From Candidatus Eiseniibacteriota bacterium (lineage in GTDB: Bacteria > Eisenbacteria > RBG-16-71-46): a DNA stretch of 64,000 nucleotides. The notes under the pieces are model-generated. The model worked only from the letters and a program-made list of their open reading frames with translations, did not search any database and was not told the origin of the DNA. The DNA is taken from positions 2,432,001-2,496,000 of the forward strand of contig OY970178.1 in NCBI GenBank assembly GCA_963707915.1, read 5' to 3'. The position numbers and the translations under genes are program-made. Positions 1 through 9,864 of this stretch are shown here, piece after piece (within the stretch, counting starts at the first letter, position 1; each line of letters opens with the position of its first letter).

Positions 1-2
1 AG

Positions 3-458
3 CAGGGCGTCGAGTACGCGCGTGAAGCAACGAACCGGATCGTGCGATACACCGGGGGCTACCCGTACTTCCTGCAGGAGTACGGGAAGCACGTGTGGAA
101 TCTCGCAGAGCGGTCACCCATCTCGCTGGACGACGTGGAACGGGCCCACATCGGCGTGAGAGCGCAACTGGACGAGAACTTCTTCCAGGTCCGCATCGGC
201 CGGACGACTGCAGCCGAACGCCGCTACGTCTCGGCAATGGCCAGTCTGGGTCGGGGCCCGTACAGGACGGGTGAGATCGCCGCAGAGCTCGGCACGGACT
301 CTCCGCGGGTGGCCCCGCTTCGAAACCAGTTGATCACGAAGGGGTTGGTCTACAGTCCATCGCACGGGATCACGGATTTTACCGTCCCGCAATTCGATGA
401 TTTTCTGCGGCGGTGCTATCCGTTCGAGCGAGAGCCGAGAGCCAGACCTCGCCGCTGA
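3..458 (+). CDS. ATP-binding protein (AAA ATPase family), C-terminal part, 5'-truncated by window edge
   Basis: Open frame from window start; YTGGYPYFLQEYG helical segment and C-terminal winged-helix-like segment (R..LI.KGLVYSP.HG...FTVP.F..FL) typical of this family. Confidence 0.7.
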   Translation, partial: QGVEYAREATNRIVRYTGGYPYFLQEYGKHVWNLAERSPISLDDVERAHIGVRAQLDENFFQVRIGRTTAAERRYVSAMASLGRGPYRTGEIAAELGTDSPRVAPLRNQLITKGLVYSPSHGITDFTVPQFDDFLRRCYPFEREPRARPRR

Positions 459-559
459 GCACCTCATCCGCCTGATCCGAGCCTCGGCGTCCCCGGCGGT
501 GATGGAACCCGCCTAGCCGTCCCGGCAGGACGTCGTCCACCGGACCACCGCACCGGCCC

Positions 560-1780
560 CTACCCCAGCCGGTCCCAGACGCGCTTCGCGCACTCCTTGG
601 CGCGCGCGGCGACCTCGCGCTCGTCCACGTTCACCAGCGTGCCGTTGTCGAGCACGATGTCGCCGCCCACCATCGCGCCCGAGACCGGCGCGCGCAGCAT
701 GCCCGACCAGAGGTGGTCGAGGAACGTGCGCTGGGTGAACTCGGTCGCCGGCTGGTAGTCCACCAGCAGCAGGTCGGCGGGCGAGCCCGGGGCGATCACG
801 CCGAGGCCCGCGCCGAAGTGCCCGCCGGCCCAGCGTGCGCCGTTCACGAACAACCGCTGGTAGTGCGCCTCGGCCGGGGCGCCGAACGCCAGGCGGTGGA
901 TCGGGTCGGGCAGCGGCGGCGCGTTCACGCCGGCATCCGTGCCCCACGCCACCTCGCCCTCGCGCACCAGCGCGGCGACCGAGCCGGCGCCGCACGCCGA
1001 GAGCGCGTCGCCGCGCTCGCGCAGCTCGCCGAGCAGGCCGCGCGGCGCGCTTTCCGCGTGCGCCCAGAGCGTGGGCAACGACCGCGTGCGCCAGCCGCCG
1101 TTCGAGCGCCAGCGCTCGGCGGGCGTCAGGTCGAGGGCCAGGTCCACGTGCACCCCCAGCCGGCCGCCCGCGACGTCGAGCGCCTCGCACACCATCGTGT
1201 CCACGCCCGCGAGCGTGCGCGCCTGCACGCCGATCAGCCCGCTCAGCCGGCCGTCGCGCCGCCGTCCCAGCTCGCTCGCGAAGCCGAGCGACTCCTCGAA
1301 GGCCGAGTGCCGCTCGACCGCGCTGTCCGATTCGCTCGCGCCGTAGCAGGTGGCCACGCGCACGCCCACGCGCGCGGCCGCCGCCACCACCTCGGAGAGC
1401 GAGAGGTCGGGGCAGGCGCCCGAGCGATGGAAGTCGCACACCGCGGTCACGCCGTGGCGCAGGCCCTCGACCAGCGCCGCGCTCACCGACCAGAAGACGT
1501 CCTCGGGCGAGAGCGTGCGGTCGTAGCGGCGCCACTCCGCGGGCGCGCGCAACCCGAGCCCCCGCGCGAGGTGGCGCGCCAGGTGGACGTGGGTGTTGAT
1601 GAAGCCCGGCATCAGCACGCGGCCGCGGGCGGGCCAGAGCGTCTCCTCGGGGTAGGCGGAGCCCAGCACCCCGAGCGGCCCGATCGCGGCGATGTGCGCG
1701 CCCACGACCCGCACCGCCGAGTCCTCGATCACGTCCGGCTGCGTCCCGCCCGTCACCACCGTGCACGGCCCGATCAGCAT
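560..1780 (-). CDS. Amidohydrolase family protein (SsnA/MtaD-like, partly degenerate)
   Basis: MPGFINTHVHL metal motif, GVTAVCDFH, G.IAPG..ADL C-terminal strand; GGAGG RBS upstream of ATG. Confidence 0.8.
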   Translation of the reverse strand: MLIGPCTVVTGGTQPDVIEDSAVRVVGAHIAAIGPLGVLGSAYPEETLWPARGRVLMPGFINTHVHLARHLARGLGLRAPAEWRRYDRTLSPEDVFWSVSAALVEGLRHGVTAVCDFHRSGACPDLSLSEVVAAAARVGVRVATCYGASESDSAVERHSAFEESLGFASELGRRRDGRLSGLIGVQARTLAGVDTMVCEALDVAGGRLGVHVDLALDLTPAERWRSNGGWRTRSLPTLWAHAESAPRGLLGELRERGDALSACGAGSVAALVREGEVAWGTDAGVNAPPLPDPIHRLAFGAPAEAHYQRLFVNGARWAGGHFGAGLGVIAPGSPADLLLVDYQPATEFTQRTFLDHLWSGMLRAPVSGAMVGGDIVLDNGTLVNVDEREVAARAKECAKRVWDRLG

Positions 1781-1798
1781 GTCAGCCTCCCGCCCGGC

Positions 1799-3166
1799 TC
1801 ATCCCTGAGCCCGGCCGATGCCCGCGCGCCGTCCCAGCTCGCGCGCCTCCGTGCGCGCCTCGCTGGCCACGCGGTCCGGCTCCAACGTCGTCCATGTCCC
1901 GGTGCGATAGAGGATGCGTCCCGCCACCATGGTGAGCCGCACGTCGGTGGCCCGGGCGGCGTGCACCAGCGTGGTGTAGGGATCGAGCGTCGCGTTCGGC
2001 GCCAGGTGGGGCGCCTCGTGGTCCACCACGATGACGTCCGCCTGCTTGCCGGCCTCGAGCGAGCCGGTCGTCGCGCCCAGTCCCAGCGCGCGCGCGCCCT
2101 CGCAGGTGGCCAGCGCCAGCACCTCGCGCGCGGCGAGATGTCCGCCGGGGTCCAGCGTGCGGGAGACCAGCGCCGCGAGGCTCAGCTCGTGGAAGGTGTC
2201 GAGGCGGTTGTCGCAGGCCGCCCCGTCCGAACCGATGCCGCGCCGCAGTCCCTCGTGGACCCAGCGCTTGACGTTGGCGAAGCCGGAGGCGAGCTTGAGG
2301 TTCGAGCCCGGGCAGTGGACCAGCGCGGCGTCGGCGCGCTCGAGCAGCGCCAGCTCCTCGTCGTCCAGCCACACGCCGTGCGCGCCGACGAACCGCTCCG
2401 ACAGCACGCCGCGCTTCGCGAAGTAGCGCGCCGCGCTGGTCGAGACCGCCGCCTGGACCTCGCGCCCCTCGGCCGGGCTCTCGGCCAGGTGGGTGTGGAC
2501 GAGCAGCCCGCGCTCGGCGCCGGCCGCGGCCACGCCGCGCCACAGCTCGTCGCTGCACGAGAGGATGAAACGCGGCGCCAGCGAGACCCGCAGTCGCCCG
2601 TCGGCCGCGCCGTCCCAGCGCCGGTGCAGCGAGAGCGCCGACTCGAGCGCCTGGGCCGCGTTCTCGCGCAGCCCCGGCGGCACGCCGGCGCCGCGGTCCA
2701 TGAGCGCCTTGCCGAAGATCGCACGGATGCCGCACTGCTCGAGCACCGCGGCGATCGCGTCGGTGTGGGCGACCGTGCCCATGTCGTTGATGCAGGTGAC
2801 GCCCCCCGCGATCAACTCGACCAGCCCGAGCCGCGCCGAGGCCGCGATCGAGACCTCGGTGTGCGCCGCCTCGAGCCGCCAGACGCTCTCGCGCAGCCAG
2901 GCCAGCGTGTCGCTCTGCTCGGCGAGGCCGCGGAACAGGGTCTGGCAGAGGTGCAGGTGCCCCTGGATCAGCCCCGGCAGGACGAAGGCGCCCGAAGCGT
3001 CCACCGATTCGTCGGCCCGGCCCCCGGGCAGACCGGCCAGCGCCGCGGGCACACCCTCACCGAGCGCGACGATGACGCCGTCGCGCACCAGCAGGTCGCC
3101 GCGGGCGATCGTGCCGGACGCGTCCATGCAGACGAGCGTGCCGGAATGGAAGAGGCAACTGCTCAG
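1799..3166 (-). CDS. Amidohydrolase, 5'-deoxyadenosine / MTA-SAH deaminase-like
   Basis: PGLIQGHLHL, HTHLAES, AHGVWL, HCPGSNLKLASG, GIGSDG motifs; probable CTG start 7 nt after AGGGAGG (alternative ATG at 3127). Confidence 0.85.
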   Translation of the reverse strand: MSSCLFHSGTLVCMDASGTIARGDLLVRDGVIVALGEGVPAALAGLPGGRADESVDASGAFVLPGLIQGHLHLCQTLFRGLAEQSDTLAWLRESVWRLEAAHTEVSIAASARLGLVELIAGGVTCINDMGTVAHTDAIAAVLEQCGIRAIFGKALMDRGAGVPPGLRENAAQALESALSLHRRWDGAADGRLRVSLAPRFILSCSDELWRGVAAAGAERGLLVHTHLAESPAEGREVQAAVSTSAARYFAKRGVLSERFVGAHGVWLDDEELALLERADAALVHCPGSNLKLASGFANVKRWVHEGLRRGIGSDGAACDNRLDTFHELSLAALVSRTLDPGGHLAAREVLALATCEGARALGLGATTGSLEAGKQADVIVVDHEAPHLAPNATLDPYTTLVHAARATDVRLTMVAGRILYRTGTWTTLEPDRVASEARTEARELGRRAGIGRAQG

Positions 3167-3436
3167 GCGGGCGCCTCCCTGCGATGGGCATGGGCTCCGA
3201 CATCCGTGCCGGAGAGCGGCCGAAGGATCCCGCGCGCCGGGGAGCGCCCGTGGTAAGGGGCGCCCAGCCCGGCGCGATCCACGCTCAGGACCTTCAGGCG
3301 TGAGATGACGTTGGCACTCGGGTGGGGACAAGTCAAGAGCGGGAATCGAAGCAAGGATCGGGCGGGGCCGGCAACGCCGGACGCCCGGCCGGGGTTCGCG
3401 CCGGGCGTCCGGGCCGACCCGGGGTCCGCCGGTTCG

Positions 3437-3838
3437 CTACACGCCGCTCCCGCAGGCCCGGCACTTGGTCGCTGCGGCCGGGACCGTCTCCTTGCAGAAC
3501 GGGCACTCCTTCGACGGCGGCGCGGGCGGCGCCGGGGCCGGCTTCAGCAGCGCCTTGGTGATGAGGAACACGACCAGGGCGATGATGACGAAGTCGATGA
3601 CGCTGCCGATGAAGGCACCGTAGGTGATCTGCGCGGCCGCGCTGCCGTCGGGCTTGCGGGTGAGCACGATGGCGGCTTCGCGCCAGGCGCCGCCGGGCAC
3701 CATCAACCCGATGATGGGCATGAGGATGTCGCTCACCAGCGAACTCACGACCTTGCCGACGGCCGCGCCGATGATCACGCCGACGGCCAGCGCCAGGGCG
3801 TTGGTCTTGAGCAGGAACTCCTTGAACTCCTTCAGCAT
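3437..3838 (-). CDS. mscL: Large-conductance mechanosensitive channel MscL with C-terminal zinc-ribbon
   Basis: MLKEFKEFL..NALALAVGVIIGAA..KVVSSLVSDILMP, YGAFI..VIDFVI; AAGGAGG RBS; CPFC...CRAC tail. Confidence 0.95.
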   Translation of the reverse strand: MLKEFKEFLLKTNALALAVGVIIGAAVGKVVSSLVSDILMPIIGLMVPGGAWREAAIVLTRKPDGSAAAQITYGAFIGSVIDFVIIALVVFLITKALLKPAPAPPAPPSKECPFCKETVPAAATKCRACGSGV

Positions 3839-4024
3839 GGCGACCTCCTTGGTCGAGAGGTGGCGGCGTCCGGTGCGTGGCGAGGTGGGGCGGCAGGCAC
3901 CGCCGTGGGTGCCGACCGGTCGGGGCAGCCTTCCCCTCCCGGCATCACCCACAGCCTAGCACGGGGGATGCGGGGTGCGGACGGTCCATCTTCTCCCGGT
4001 CCGCGGTTCGGGTGACCGGGAGCA

Positions 4025-4054
4025 CGAAGCGCCGCGGCGGACCGCGGCGCTTCG
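4025..4054 (-). terminator. GC-rich hairpin downstream of TWG-tail gene
   Basis: Perfect 13-bp stem CGAAGCGCCGCGG/CCGCGGCGCTTCG with 4-nt loop; no clear U tract. Confidence 0.55.
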
Positions 4055-4080
4055 CCTGGCGTGATGGTGCAGGACAAGTG

Positions 4081-4995
4081 CTATCGATAGATGGACTTGA
4101 GCGTCCCCCAGGTCGGGGTGGTGGCCGGGACGACCCTCATGTCGCTGGGGCAACGACCCGGGCCGATCAGGCCGCTGTTGAAGGCTCCCAGCGTCCAGGT
4201 CAACACCCGGGTCTCGCAGGGGGTGACCCGGCCGCCGCCGATGGGCGGCACGACCTGCGTACCGATGAGGGCGTCGGCACCGGTCACCGCGGCGGCCACG
4301 AACGGGGTCGGGAGGACACCGAGCTGCATGTTCAACCGGGTCGCGATCAACTGGTGGGCGAGCGATACGAGCCCGTTGCCCCGGGCCGGCTGGCGCAGGA
4401 TGGCGAGCAACTGCGCCTGCGTGTAGGTCACCGACCCCAGCGTGAGCGAGCTCACCCGGCTCCAGCTCTCGGGGTGGTTCTTCCAGTAGCCCTGGCTCAC
4501 CGTGCAGTCGGTGGTGGTGCGCGACGACGTGCCGCAGTGCAGGGTCGCCGAGTTGGCGCTCTCGCCGCGGTCCGGCCCGGCCACCGCGGCCCGCACCCGC
4601 ACGACGTACTCGGTGCCCTCGGTCAACTCGGCGGCGTCCAACGCCATCAGCCCGGTCTCGTCGAAGAGTCCGCCGATCACGACCTCGGCGGTCTGTCCGG
4701 GGGCGAGCTGGAAGCCCTCCGTCCCGGGCGTCGGATGCAGCGTCGGCACGCCGTTGAAGCTGGAGCCGCTGACCGGCGAGACCGGCCAGCCGCCGATCGC
4801 GCGGTAGCGGTCCGCGGGCAGCCATTCGACGACGAATCCCCCGGGCGCGCCGCTCGCACCGGCCTGCACCCGGATGGTGATGGAGGTGCGGTCGGCCGTG
4901 ACGACCGATGCGCCGGGCGCATCGAGCGGGACGCCGAAGACCGGCGCGGCGCCGAGCAGGAAGAGGATAATGACGATGAGGCCGGAAGACTTCAT
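4081..4995 (-). CDS. Secreted hypothetical protein with C-terminal TWG..K..YR tag
   Basis: Signal peptide MKSSGLIVIILFLLGAAPVFG; FN3-like N-part; CTVSQGYWKNH motif; ends VVPATTPTWGTLKSIYR. Confidence 0.8.
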   Translation of the reverse strand: MKSSGLIVIILFLLGAAPVFGVPLDAPGASVVTADRTSITIRVQAGASGAPGGFVVEWLPADRYRAIGGWPVSPVSGSSFNGVPTLHPTPGTEGFQLAPGQTAEVVIGGLFDETGLMALDAAELTEGTEYVVRVRAAVAGPDRGESANSATLHCGTSSRTTTDCTVSQGYWKNHPESWSRVSSLTLGSVTYTQAQLLAILRQPARGNGLVSLAHQLIATRLNMQLGVLPTPFVAAAVTGADALIGTQVVPPIGGGRVTPCETRVLTWTLGAFNSGLIGPGRCPSDMRVVPATTPTWGTLKSIYR

Positions 4996-5505
4996 GAGAT
5001 CCCTCGAGAGGTGGTTCGTGGTAGCGGCGGGAATCGCGGGCCCTGATTCCAGGCCGGGGAGCCTTCGCCCCCACCCAGGGCATCGCAATCGCCGCGCCAC
5101 GGAACCGGTCGCGTCCCGCCCGGCCGGCAAGCGGCGCCCGTTCCCGCCAACTCGCGTCGCCCCATGGCCCTGGGCCTGCGGACGAACGGCCGTCGGGAGT
5201 TTCGCCCGTCCGTCGTGCGGGGCGGGCCGGGGGTGCGACGGGTGAGACCACGGGGCGCGTGGGGGTTCTCGCCCGCGCGAGCCGCGAGCTCGAGCGCGCT
5301 CTCGATCGCGACGACCGCTACCCCGCCGGCAGTCGGCGACGCGCCCGCAGCGCGATCTTCATCCCCCGCTACAGTCTGTGCGCCCGACGACCGATACTCC
5401 GGAGCGACGGTCCCGCGCGGCACCCCGGCCTTCTTGTGGACCGGGGGCGACGTCCGTATCATCTGGCGCCCCGGGGACAGCTTCTCCACGAGCACCGGAG
5501 CCTGA

Positions 5506-7134
5506 ATGCCGCGCCCACCGCACATCGCCTACTTCTGCATGGAGTTCGGGCTGCACGAGTCGTTCCCCATCTACTCGGGGGGCCTCGGCATCCTGGCCGG
5601 CGACTTCATCAAGTCGGCTGCGGACCTCAAGTTGCCGGTGATCGGCGTCGGGCTGCTGTGGGAGCACGGGTACTCGCGGCAGCGCATCGGCCCCGACGGC
5701 CAGCCCCACGAGGAGTTCCCGCGCTACGACTACTCCTACCTGCGCGACACCGGCGTCCACGTGCGGGTCAACGTCCGCGGCACCGAGGTGCCCTGTAACG
5801 TGCTGATGACCACGCGTTTCGGGAACGTGCCGCTCTACCTGATCCAGCCCGCCCGCCTCGCGGACCGCTGGATCACGCACCGGCTCTACGAGGCCGGCAC
5901 CGACGTGCGCATCGCCCAGGAGATGCTGCTCGGCATCGGCGGGGCGCGCGCCCTCACCTGGCTCGGGATCCCGGTAGCGACCCACCACTTCAACGAGGGT
6001 CACGCCGTGTTCGCCGGGATCGAGATGATCGCCTCGCGCATGGAGGGCGGGCTCACCTTCCCCGACGCCTGGGCCGCCACGCGGCGCGAGATCGTCTTCA
6101 CCACGCACACCCCGGTGCAGGCCGGCAACGAGGAGCACTCGCTCAAGGACCTGCGCCGCCTGGGGGCCTGCCTGCAGCTCTCCGGCGCCGAGATGCGGGC
6201 CATCGGCGGCGACCCGTTCAACATGACGGTGGCCGGACTGCGGCTCTCGCGCCGGGCCAACGCGGTGGCCCAGCTGCACGGCGAGACCGCGCGCACGATG
6301 TGGAAGCACATCAACGACGCCGCGCCCATCGTCGCCGTCACGAACGGCGTGCACGCGCCCACCTGGCAGTCGCCGCTGGTGCGCGCGGCCGCCGGCGCCC
6401 CCGGACCGCTGTGGGACGCGCACGCCCTGCACCGCGGCGAACTGCTGTCCGAGATCGAGCGGCGCAAGGGCCTGCGGCTGGACCCCGAGGGGCTGATCAT
6501 CGGCTTCGCGCGCCGGGCGGCGGGCTACAAGCGCCCCGACCTCATCGTGCGGGACGAGAAGCGCCTCGCCGGCCTGCTGGCGCGCGGCGCGCACATCGTG
6601 CTGGCGGGCAAGTCGCACCCCGACGACAAGCTGGGCAAGGCCCTGATCGCGCGCCTGGTCTCGGCCGAGCGCGCCCATCCGGGACAGGTGGTCTATCTCG
6701 AGAACTACGACATGGCCCTGGGACGGATGCTCACGCGCGGTTGCGACGTGTGGCTCAACAACCCCATCCGGCCGCTCGAAGCCAGCGGCACCTCGGGCAT
6801 GAAGGCCGCGATGAACGGCGTGCTCAACCTCAGCATCCTCGACGGCTGGTGGCCCGAGGGCTGCGAGCACGGCGTGAACGGCTGGGCCATCGGCGACAGC
6901 CAGTCGGGCGACGACGCGCGGGACCTGGCCGCCCTCTACGAGGTCCTCGACGGCGAGGTGCTCCCGGCCTGGGCCGACCGTGGGCGCTGGGTCGCGATGA
7001 TGCAGGCCAGCATCACGATGGGCGTGGAGAAGTTCTCCTCGGACCGGATGTTGCGCGACTACTTCGCCGAGGTCTACCCCGCGGGCGAGACCCGGCCGGT
7101 CGAGATGCCCGGAGCCCCGGCCGCCAACCGCTGA
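5506..7134 (+). CDS. glgP: Alpha-glucan (glycogen/starch) phosphorylase, short form
   Basis: AYFCMEFGL..SFPIYSGGLGILAGD, HFNEGH, FTTHTP, GFARR..GYKR, PLP-Lys motif EASGTSGMKAAMNG. Confidence 0.93.
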   Translation: MPRPPHIAYFCMEFGLHESFPIYSGGLGILAGDFIKSAADLKLPVIGVGLLWEHGYSRQRIGPDGQPHEEFPRYDYSYLRDTGVHVRVNVRGTEVPCNVLMTTRFGNVPLYLIQPARLADRWITHRLYEAGTDVRIAQEMLLGIGGARALTWLGIPVATHHFNEGHAVFAGIEMIASRMEGGLTFPDAWAATRREIVFTTHTPVQAGNEEHSLKDLRRLGACLQLSGAEMRAIGGDPFNMTVAGLRLSRRANAVAQLHGETARTMWKHINDAAPIVAVTNGVHAPTWQSPLVRAAAGAPGPLWDAHALHRGELLSEIERRKGLRLDPEGLIIGFARRAAGYKRPDLIVRDEKRLAGLLARGAHIVLAGKSHPDDKLGKALIARLVSAERAHPGQVVYLENYDMALGRMLTRGCDVWLNNPIRPLEASGTSGMKAAMNGVLNLSILDGWWPEGCEHGVNGWAIGDSQSGDDARDLAALYEVLDGEVLPAWADRGRWVAMMQASITMGVEKFSSDRMLRDYFAEVYPAGETRPVEMPGAPAANR

Positions 7135-7150
7135 AGACGGCGGTCCGCCA

Positions 7151-7188
7151 GCGAAGCGGCCGGTCCCGTGCGGGGCCGGCCGCTTCGC
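7151..7188. terminator. Hairpin between convergent genes (bidirectional terminator candidate)
   Basis: GCGAAGCGGCCGGTCCC-GTGC-GGGGCCGGCCGCTTCGC, 17-bp stem with one G-U. Confidence 0.6.
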
Positions 7189-7228
7189 ATCCGTCGCGCC
7201 GGAGCCGCGGGGCACCGGGCCGCGACCG

Positions 7229-7750
7229 CTAGGCTCCGGGGGCGGGCTCCTCGCCGGGGCCCGGCGCCGCTTCCTCGGCCAGCACCGGGATGCGCGCCAG
7301 CGCGGCGATGTAGTCGTCGGGCAGCTTGTGCGCGCGCGCGCCCTTCAGCACGGCGTCCAGGTAGCGACGCGAGGGCGGCGAGGGATTGGCGGTGTGCGCG
7401 AGGTAGGCCATCGCCTTCACACGGCGCGGCACCGAACCGTCCTCGGGCTGCGTCAGCTCGACCCAGACCGGCCCGCGCTCGTAGAGGTTGTGCGGGTCCC
7501 CGGGGCCGCGGAAGCCCTCGTAGCCGTCCAGCGCGCGCACGTCGTCGTCGTTCAGCTCGTGCAGCATCCCCCAGACGTCGTTCCCGTGCGACAGCTGCAG
7601 GCTGGCGACACCACCACCCCACGAGGTCGAGAAGATCGGGAAGATCAGCTTGTGATCGTGCAGCACCGCCATCCCGATCACCTTGTGGGCCGGGCAGCGG
7701 GCGCGCAGCTGGTCGGGGTCCAGGTTCGACCCGAACGCGAAATAGAGCAT
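7229..7750 (-). CDS. Gamma-glutamylcyclotransferase family protein
   Basis: N-terminal YFAFGSNL motif, LDGYEG catalytic Glu, PPS..YL...L.GA..H.LP..YI; GGAGG RBS. Confidence 0.88.
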   Translation of the reverse strand: MLYFAFGSNLDPDQLRARCPAHKVIGMAVLHDHKLIFPIFSTSWGGGVASLQLSHGNDVWGMLHELNDDDVRALDGYEGFRGPGDPHNLYERGPVWVELTQPEDGSVPRRVKAMAYLAHTANPSPPSRRYLDAVLKGARAHKLPDDYIAALARIPVLAEEAAPGPGEEPAPGA

Positions 7751-7969
7751 CTGGCCTCCCAAATCACGAGCCCGGGGCGGAAGCCCCCGGGCGCTGGTCG
7801 AGCCCAGCATAGTGCATGGGGGGCCGCCGCGATATCGGATTGTTGGCCGGGCCGGCCGCCCGCGCCCGGTCCGGGTTTGTCGCGTCCCGGAGGCGCATCT
7901 ATCATCCAACCCTTCGACGGCCCGCCCCGCGTCCGGCCCGGACCCCGACACGAACCGGAGAGACCTGCC

Positions 7970-8698
7970 ATGGCAGTGGACTTCCTCGCTTTCGGCCCCC
8001 ACCCCGACGACGGCGAGATCGGCTGCGGGGCGGTGCTGCGCAAGATGAAGGCGCTCGGGCACACCACCGGCATCGTGGACATGACGACCGGCGACATGGG
8101 CTGGGGCACGGTCGAGGAGCGGCTGGCCGAGTGCGCCGCGGCGGCGGGGATCCTCCGGCTGGACGTGCGCGAGAACCTGGACCTGGGCGACAACCGCATC
8201 GAGGACACGTTCGAGAACCGCTGCGCGGTGGCGGCGAAGATCCGCCAGCACCGCCCGCAGATCGTCTTCGCGCCCTACTACAACCTGCCGATCGGTCGCG
8301 GCCTGGGGCACAACGACCACTACAAGACCGGGCAGATCGTGGCGAACGCCTACAACCTGGCGCACCTGCGCAAGGCGCCGATCGAGGGCACGCCCTACCA
8401 GGCGAAGGCCCTCTACTTCTATTTCCTCCCCCCCGGCACGCCGGCCACGTTCGTGGTGGACGTGAGCGACCACGTGGACGACTGGCTGCGGGCGCTGGAG
8501 TGCCACGTGAGCCAGTTCGCCAACCCCGACAAGCCGCGCCCCGCCGGGTTGCCGGCCCCGACCGACGCGTTCATGGCGTTCGCGCGCTACTGGGGCTGGC
8601 AGATCGGCGTGCGCTACGGGCAGGCGTTCCTCGCGACCGCGCCGCTGCGCGTCGGCGACCCGCTCGCGCTGGTGAAGGAAGTGGTCCCGCGGCCGTGA
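7970..8698 (+). CDS. PIG-L family deacetylase, BshB1-like
   Basis: AFGPHPDDGEIGCG, GIVDMT.G, H.DH (GHNDH), VVDVSD...W..AL.CH.SQF; GGAG RBS. Confidence 0.85.
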   Translation: MAVDFLAFGPHPDDGEIGCGAVLRKMKALGHTTGIVDMTTGDMGWGTVEERLAECAAAAGILRLDVRENLDLGDNRIEDTFENRCAVAAKIRQHRPQIVFAPYYNLPIGRGLGHNDHYKTGQIVANAYNLAHLRKAPIEGTPYQAKALYFYFLPPGTPATFVVDVSDHVDDWLRALECHVSQFANPDKPRPAGLPAPTDAFMAFARYWGWQIGVRYGQAFLATAPLRVGDPLALVKEVVPRP

Positions 8699-8715
8699 CC
8701 CGGCCGCGGTGTCCA

Positions 8716-8745
8716 TTGACGCTCGCGCGACATCGCGACTAAAGT
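8716..8745 (+). promoter_or_regulatory. Sigma70-like promoter for PBP gene
   Basis: TTGACG-18nt-TAAAGT, AT-rich island in GC-rich context. Confidence 0.45.
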
Positions 8746-8815
8746 GCTGCGGTCGCACGACCCGATACCAAGGATGGTCAGGGCACAGCGCCCCCCGGGG
8801 CGTTCAGGAGGTTCC

Positions 8816-9853
8816 ATGCAGTTGCGCGCCTTGCGCGCGTGGGGAGCGCTGCTCCTCGCCGCGCTGGTGGCGTGGCCGGCCACGATGGCCGTCGCCGCCA
8901 CCCACACCCACCGCAAGCCGACGAGCCGCGCCACCGCCACGCCCGCCGCGCACGTGGCGAAGAAGACCACGGCCCGGAGCCGGCTCGCCGCGCGCACGAA
9001 GACGCGCGCCGGCACGAAGAGCGCCGCCGCCGTGCGGCGCGCGAAGAACCGGCGGCACCGCCACGCGCCGGCCCCGCCGCGGGGCGGCGTGTACGCCCGC
9101 AACGCCCTGGTGATCGACCCCGCGACGGACGAGGTGCTGTTCGAGAAGCAGTCGTTGCAGACCGTGCCCATCGCCAGCCTGACCAAGCTGATGAGCGCGA
9201 TGGTGTTCCTCGAGCAGAAGCCGGACCTGCGGCGCATGGCCGAGGTGACGCGCGAGGAGATCCGCGGCGGCGGCCACACGCGGCTCTGGAATCGCGAGCG
9301 GGTGGCGCTCTACGACCTGCTGCACATGAGCCTGATGAACTCCGACAACGTGGCCACGCGCGTGCTGGCGCGCGAGTCCGGGCTGTCGCCGGAGGCGTTC
9401 GCGGCGCGCATGAACGGGAAGGCGCGGGAGATGGGGCTGGCCAACACGCGCTTCGCCGAGCCCACCGGGCTCGACGAGCGCAACGTCTCGACCGCGGTGG
9501 ACGTGGCGCGCCTGGTGCGGGCCGCGGCGGACCACTACCTGATCCGCGAGATCACGACCACGCCCGAATACGTGTTCCTGGGCGAGTACCCCGGGCGCCG
9601 GCACACCGTCGCGCGCACGCACCAGATCGTGAACACCAACCGGCTGCTGCGCAGCAACCGCTACGAGTTCTCGTGCAGCAAGACCGGCTTCATCAGCGAA
9701 TCCGGCTACTGCGTCGCCACCTGGGTGCGCGACCGGGGCCGCGACCTGATCGCGGTGGTGCTGGGCGCGCCGACCAACGCCACGCGCTTCGCCGACGTCG
9801 TGCGCCTGGTCCAGCGAACGCAGATCCCGAGCCTGGAATCGGCGCAACCGTAG
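8816..9853 (+). CDS. D-alanyl-D-alanine carboxy/endopeptidase, peptidase S11 (PBP7-like)
   Basis: Signal peptide, basic linker, PIASLTK (SxxK), SDN (SxN), KTG motifs; AGGAGG RBS. Confidence 0.9.
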   Translation: MQLRALRAWGALLLAALVAWPATMAVAATHTHRKPTSRATATPAAHVAKKTTARSRLAARTKTRAGTKSAAAVRRAKNRRHRHAPAPPRGGVYARNALVIDPATDEVLFEKQSLQTVPIASLTKLMSAMVFLEQKPDLRRMAEVTREEIRGGGHTRLWNRERVALYDLLHMSLMNSDNVATRVLARESGLSPEAFAARMNGKAREMGLANTRFAEPTGLDERNVSTAVDVARLVRAAADHYLIREITTTPEYVFLGEYPGRRHTVARTHQIVNTNRLLRSNRYEFSCSKTGFISESGYCVATWVRDRGRDLIAVVLGAPTNATRFADVVRLVQRTQIPSLESAQP

Positions 9854-9864
9854 CCCGCGCACCG

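Noticed and set aside
713..3256. Long antisense and alternate-frame ORFs (also 12971-15424, 17682-21224, 41206-43650, 43097-46081 and many more)
   Set aside because: Arg/Gly/Ala-rich shadows of real genes, expected at this GC content; no motifs
3311..3337. CIRCE-like TTGGCACTC half-site
   Set aside because: Only one arm matches and the adjacent gene is not a chaperone; a minus-strand TTGACT -35 box is possible but has no good -10
7970..8698. Bacillithiol biosynthesis cluster
   Set aside because: Only the deacetylase is present, with no bshA or bshC in the window; substrate unassigned
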